Below, in pieces: positions 60,268 to 64,000 of a stretch of 64,000 bases of DNA (positions are counted from its first letter, which is position 1; every line of letters begins with the position of its first letter). The stretch lies in assembly GCA_964642015.1 (NCBI GenBank), contig CAZXLF010000004.1:20738-84737 (forward strand), given 5' to 3'. Both the position numbers and the translations under genes were made by a program. The DNA comes from an uncultured Planctomycetia bacterium (GTDB taxonomy: Bacteria; Omnitrophota; Gorgyraeia; 2-02-FULL-51-18). Below the pieces are notes generated by a model, which was not told the DNA's origin, did not search any database, and was given only the letters and a program-made list of their open reading frames with translations.

Positions 60268-61212
60268 TCAAAAAATTTCGATCGATTTTTTGACGACTTC
60301 GTCGACGATTTTCTGATTGATGGGGGTGGGAACTCCGAGTTCTTTACCAAAACGGCATATCGCTCCGTTAAGAGCATGAATATCGATCCGCTTGCCTCGT
60401 TTAAGATCCTGCATCATTGAAGGAAAATGCGTTGCGGTTTTCGGGATCAGCATATTGGTCAACAGGTCGATATAAGCATCCGCTGAAAATGGCTCCATCT
60501 TAATCCCTTTTTTTTCAGCCACCGCGTAGCATTCTTTTATGATCTGCTGCATGTCGCGTTTCGTTGTTTCGCTTTCCAGGATCTTTCCGTAAGGGATCTC
60601 CTGAAGCGTGCAGATCCCGTTCAAAGCGCAATTGTATACGACCTTGGCCCAAATATAAGTCAAAATATTCGGTACGGCTTTTGCTTCGATCTTGGAAAGG
60701 TTAAAAAGATGCGCCAATTTTTCAGCGCTGAAATTCGGTGTGACGCCCGGCAATGCGCCGATCGCCGTCGCGTCCGCCGCGACAGTGACCTTGGCGATTC
60801 CCGGTTTGGTCTCAACGCCGAAGATCACGCGGCCAACCAGAAATTGTGCGGGATCGATTTTTTTTAAGACTGTTTCGATATTCCCAAGACCATTTTGAAA
60901 AGACGCGAGCGTGGTGTTTTCGCTCATCAAGGAAGATAATTGAGCAACTGCGGTTTCGGTATCGTAGGATTTTACGGTCAAAAAAATAAGATCAAATGGG
61001 GCATTTTTCTTCTGGATCTCCGCGGCATTTTCGTAAAGCTCAAACGCCTTGATATGGTAATCTCCCCAGATCCCGGTGATCCGGAGCCCCTCTTTCCGGA
61101 TCGCATCTAAATGCCAGCGGCGTCCCAAGAGAGATACCTCGTGGCCCATGCGCGCAAAAAACCCGCCAAAGACACTACCAATACCGCCGGCTCCGAAGAT
61201 CAGGATTTTCAT
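60268..61212 (-). CDS. panE: Ketopantoate reductase (PanE/ApbA)
   Basis: GAGGIG, VKSYD, QNGLG, WAK...N..LN, SM.QD and NGAI. The usual Glu of the TEID motif appears here as IDI. Confidence 0.88.
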   Translation of the reverse strand: MKILIFGAGGIGSVFGGFFARMGHEVSLLGRRWHLDAIRKEGLRITGIWGDYHIKAFELYENAAEIQKKNAPFDLIFLTVKSYDTETAVAQLSSLMSENTTLASFQNGLGNIETVLKKIDPAQFLVGRVIFGVETKPGIAKVTVAADATAIGALPGVTPNFSAEKLAHLFNLSKIEAKAVPNILTYIWAKVVYNCALNGICTLQEIPYGKILESETTKRDMQQIIKECYAVAEKKGIKMEPFSADAYIDLLTNMLIPKTATHFPSMMQDLKRGKRIDIHALNGAICRFGKELGVPTPINQKIVDEVVKKSIEIF

Positions 61213-61249
61213 AATTCAAAAAGTATAACACAGAAGCGCTCTAAAATTC

Positions 61250-61278
61250 TTGAATACTGCGGCTATTTCAGGTAGTAT
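61250..61278 (+). promoter_or_regulatory. Putative sigma70 promoter of the oxidoreductase operon
   Basis: TTGAAT, 17-nt spacer, TAGTAT, upstream of the AAGGAG RBS and ATG at 61391. Confidence 0.4.
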
Positions 61279-61390
61279 AAAGCCCTTCGGACGGTCCTGC
61301 AGTATTCGTTCCCGATATTATTTACGTTAAAATTTTTTAAAAGTTACGACAAGTTTTGGCAAAGCAGCAAAAATTTTCAAGGAGAAATAG

Positions 61391-63154
61391 ATGATCAAAA
61401 ATAATATGACTATCAAGATCGGCGGCGAAGCAGGCATGGGCGTCGAGTCCGGAGGTGCCGGACTTGTTAAGGCTTTGACGCGCGGAGGCCTTCAAATATT
61501 CGCGCTTCAGGATTATATGTCCCGCATCCGCGGAGGCCACAATTTTTTCCAAATCCGCGTCAGCACGCAGGAGCTTTACGGATTTACGGATGAAATTCAC
61601 CTCTTGATCGCCTTCACTAAGGACTGCATTGAAAGGCATAAACACGAGGTCGCCAAAGGCGGAGCGATCATTTACGACGAAGCGCTGGGATATGACGAGG
61701 CGCTGATCGCGGAACACGGCGTCACTGCATGCCCCATCCCTCTCTCCAAACTCGCTACTGAAGTCGGCGGCCACCGCATCATGTCCAACACTTGCGCGCT
61801 CGGCGCGACGGCCGGTATCACCGGTTACGATTTCGAACGCATCAAGGATATCATCGAGACAAATTTTAGAAAAAAAGGTGACGATGTCATCGCGAAGAAC
61901 CTGGCCGTCGCTAAAGCCGGTTACGATGCCGCTCATAATCTTCATTCTGAAAATTTTGATTATAAGCTTGAGACCGTTGATACCAATCCGGCCAAACGGC
62001 GTATGGTACTTCATGGCAATCAAGCGATCGGCCTGGGAGCCATCGCCGGCGGTTGCAAGTTCATCTCCGCGTATCCAATGACACCGGCAACCTCCATATT
62101 CGAATATATCACCTCTAAAGCGAATAAATACGGCATTGTTTCCAAACAGACCGAAGACGAACTCGCAGCGATCCTCTTTGCAATAGGCGCCAACCATTCC
62201 GGCGTACGCGGGATGACATGTACCTCCGGCGGCGGTTTTGATCTGATGGTTGAAGCGCTTGGATTAGCCAGTATCACTGAGACGCCCTTGGTCGTCGCGG
62301 AAGTTCAGCGCGGAGGCCCTTCCACAGGTCTTCCGACACGCACCGAACAACCTGATCTTGAGTCGGTGATCTTTGCCTCTCATGGCGAAACACCGCGCAT
62401 CGTGATCGCGCCAAGCACCATTGAGGAATGCTTTGAGGCGGGCTGGAGAGCGTTCAATCTTGCAGAAAAATACCAGTGCCCTGTGATCATATTAAGCGAT
62501 CTTTTCCTGTCCTCCCAACTGCGTTCCATCGACAAGAGCCGCTTCGATATCGCCAATACTCCTGTAGATCGCGGAGCGCTCCTGACCAATAAACAGCTCG
62601 ACGGCATTACCAATTACAAGCGTCATGCATTCACTGAAAACGGTATCTCTCCCCGCGCGATCCCGGGCCACCGCAACGGCGTATACGTAACCACAAGCGA
62701 TGAACACACCGAAGACGGTTACGCAGTCGAAGAAGCTGATCCCAGAAATAAGATGATGGAAAAAAGAATGCGTAAATATGATCTGGCTCTTCAAGAAATG
62801 AAAGCGCCGGAACTTTACGGCGATAAGGATGCGGAGATCACATTTGTATGCTGGGGATCACCCTACGGCGCTGTGCGTGAGGCGGTAGATACCTTAAGAA
62901 AGAATAAAACCAAGGCCAATCTTCTGAAATTTACGGATCTTTGGCCATTCCCCGCAGACAAAGCAAGGCCGTTCTTAGAAAAAGCCAAATATCTTATCGC
63001 GGTAGAAAATAATTTCACAGGTCAGCTGGCCAATTTGATCCGCCGCTGCACCGGCATCGAGGTCGATTCCAAGATCCTCAAATACAGCGGTAGACCGTTT
63101 TCGGCAACAGAAATTTTAGCAAAATTGAAAAAGGAGGCGGAAGTTCATGTCTGA
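61391..63154 (+). CDS. korA: 2-oxoacid:ferredoxin oxidoreductase alpha subunit (fused gamma-alpha)
   Basis: GGEAGMG, YMSRIRGGH, AYPMTPAT, QTEDE, TSGGG, QRGGPSTGLPT and VENN..GQL. Confidence 0.92.
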   Translation: MIKNNMTIKIGGEAGMGVESGGAGLVKALTRGGLQIFALQDYMSRIRGGHNFFQIRVSTQELYGFTDEIHLLIAFTKDCIERHKHEVAKGGAIIYDEALGYDEALIAEHGVTACPIPLSKLATEVGGHRIMSNTCALGATAGITGYDFERIKDIIETNFRKKGDDVIAKNLAVAKAGYDAAHNLHSENFDYKLETVDTNPAKRRMVLHGNQAIGLGAIAGGCKFISAYPMTPATSIFEYITSKANKYGIVSKQTEDELAAILFAIGANHSGVRGMTCTSGGGFDLMVEALGLASITETPLVVAEVQRGGPSTGLPTRTEQPDLESVIFASHGETPRIVIAPSTIEECFEAGWRAFNLAEKYQCPVIILSDLFLSSQLRSIDKSRFDIANTPVDRGALLTNKQLDGITNYKRHAFTENGISPRAIPGHRNGVYVTTSDEHTEDGYAVEEADPRNKMMEKRMRKYDLALQEMKAPELYGDKDAEITFVCWGSPYGAVREAVDTLRKNKTKANLLKFTDLWPFPADKARPFLEKAKYLIAVENNFTGQLANLIRRCTGIEVDSKILKYSGRPFSATEILAKLKKEAEVHV

Positions 63155-64000
63155 TACAGCCACGACAGCAAAAGTGACTTATAAATTAGATGATTATCAA
63201 AGTCCGGAATATTCTACCTGGTGTCCCGGTTGCGGTGACTTCCCTATTCTAAAATGCCTAAAGGAATCTCTGATGCAGCAGGAAATAGGGCCGCATCAAG
63301 TGATGATCGTTTCAGGCATAGGCTGCGGATCTAAACTTCCTTATTATATCCGCGCTAACGGGTACAATTCACTACACGGGCGTTCACTTCCGATCGCACA
63401 AGCGATCAAACTCGGCAACCATGCATTGAAGGTAGTCGCAGTCACCGGAGACGGTGACGGGCTAGGTATTGGCGGGAATCATTTCATTCACGCGATGAGA
63501 AGAAACCCTGATATCACGCATATTATTGAAAATAATCAGATCTATGGGCTCACCAAAGGCCAAGCCTCCCCTACAAGCGACAAAGGTTTCATAACCACCA
63601 CTTCGCCCGATGGATGCATCGAGTCGGCGATCAACCCCATCGCGTTAGGGATCACATGCGGCGCGACATTTATCGCCAGGACCTCTTCCGGCGACCCGAA
63701 ACATTTAACAGAGACCATTACCCGCGCCATGAAGCACAAGGGTTATTCTTTGATAGATGTACTTCAGCCTTGCGTCACCTTTAATAAGGTCAATACCTAT
63801 CAGTGGTACAAGCAGAGAATTTATAATGTTGAAACTCAGCCGGATTATAAACCGAAGGATCGTCAATGGGCCTTCTCCAAAGCGCTCGAGTGGGGCGATA
63901 AGATCCCGGTAGGCGTGATCTATCAGGACACAACATTGCCGACTTACGAAGATCAAGTGCCGGTCCTTAAAGAACTGCCGCTGGTTCAGCAAGAATTTAA
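63147..64000 (+). CDS. korB: 2-oxoacid:ferredoxin oxidoreductase beta subunit (partial, runs off the right edge)
   Basis: ATG at 63147 with AAGGAGG RBS; TWCPGCGD, SGIGC, LHGR, GDGDG, NNQIYGLTKGQ.SPT and QPCVTFN. Confidence 0.92.
   Translation, partial: MSDTATTAKVTYKLDDYQSPEYSTWCPGCGDFPILKCLKESLMQQEIGPHQVMIVSGIGCGSKLPYYIRANGYNSLHGRSLPIAQAIKLGNHALKVVAVTGDGDGLGIGGNHFIHAMRRNPDITHIIENNQIYGLTKGQASPTSDKGFITTTSPDGCIESAINPIALGITCGATFIARTSSGDPKHLTETITRAMKHKGYSLIDVLQPCVTFNKVNTYQWYKQRIYNVETQPDYKPKDRQWAFSKALEWGDKIPVGVIYQDTTLPTYEDQVPVLKELPLVQQEF

Noticed and set aside
61337-62197. 286-aa minus-strand ORF
   Set aside because: Antisense to the well-supported oxidoreductase alpha subunit.

Overview
A 64-kb chromosomal window. 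Housekeeping genes run almost entirely on the minus strand: split transketolase, glpK, cobO, a MoxR-DUF58-Bat operon, TPM/LemA, pgeF, ddpX, ilvD and panE. There is one tRNA-Pro, and a divergent 2-oxoacid:ferredoxin oxidoreductase pair lies at the right end. The dominant feature is a single uninterrupted 33.7-kb ORF (26413-60123, minus strand, 11,236 aa) between panE and ilvD. It is built like a polyprotein: a signal-peptide-like N-terminus and a Tiki/TraB/ChaN-like putative metallo-hydrolase domain are followed by about 30 unrelated modules and a C-terminal domain, separated by 31 copies of the peptide motif G-A-R-L-[A/S]. The motif is conserved at protein level but not at DNA level. The motifs fall at domain borders around recognisable, normally cytoplasmic proteins: a Fic/Doc-like domain, a SecA-like ATPase with HTH repeats, glutamate dehydrogenase, three paralogous kinases, an alpha/beta hydrolase, a GNAT, tandem sigma70 region-4-like repeats, a class I nucleotidyltransferase and two AceK modules. 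The protein is almost free of cysteine. The best hypothesis (inference) is an exported, site-specifically processed multi-effector polyprotein. Giant genes like this are typical of host-associated or predatory Omnitrophota-like bacteria, but that taxonomic assignment is also inference. All domain calls come from motifs recognised by eye; no searches were run.
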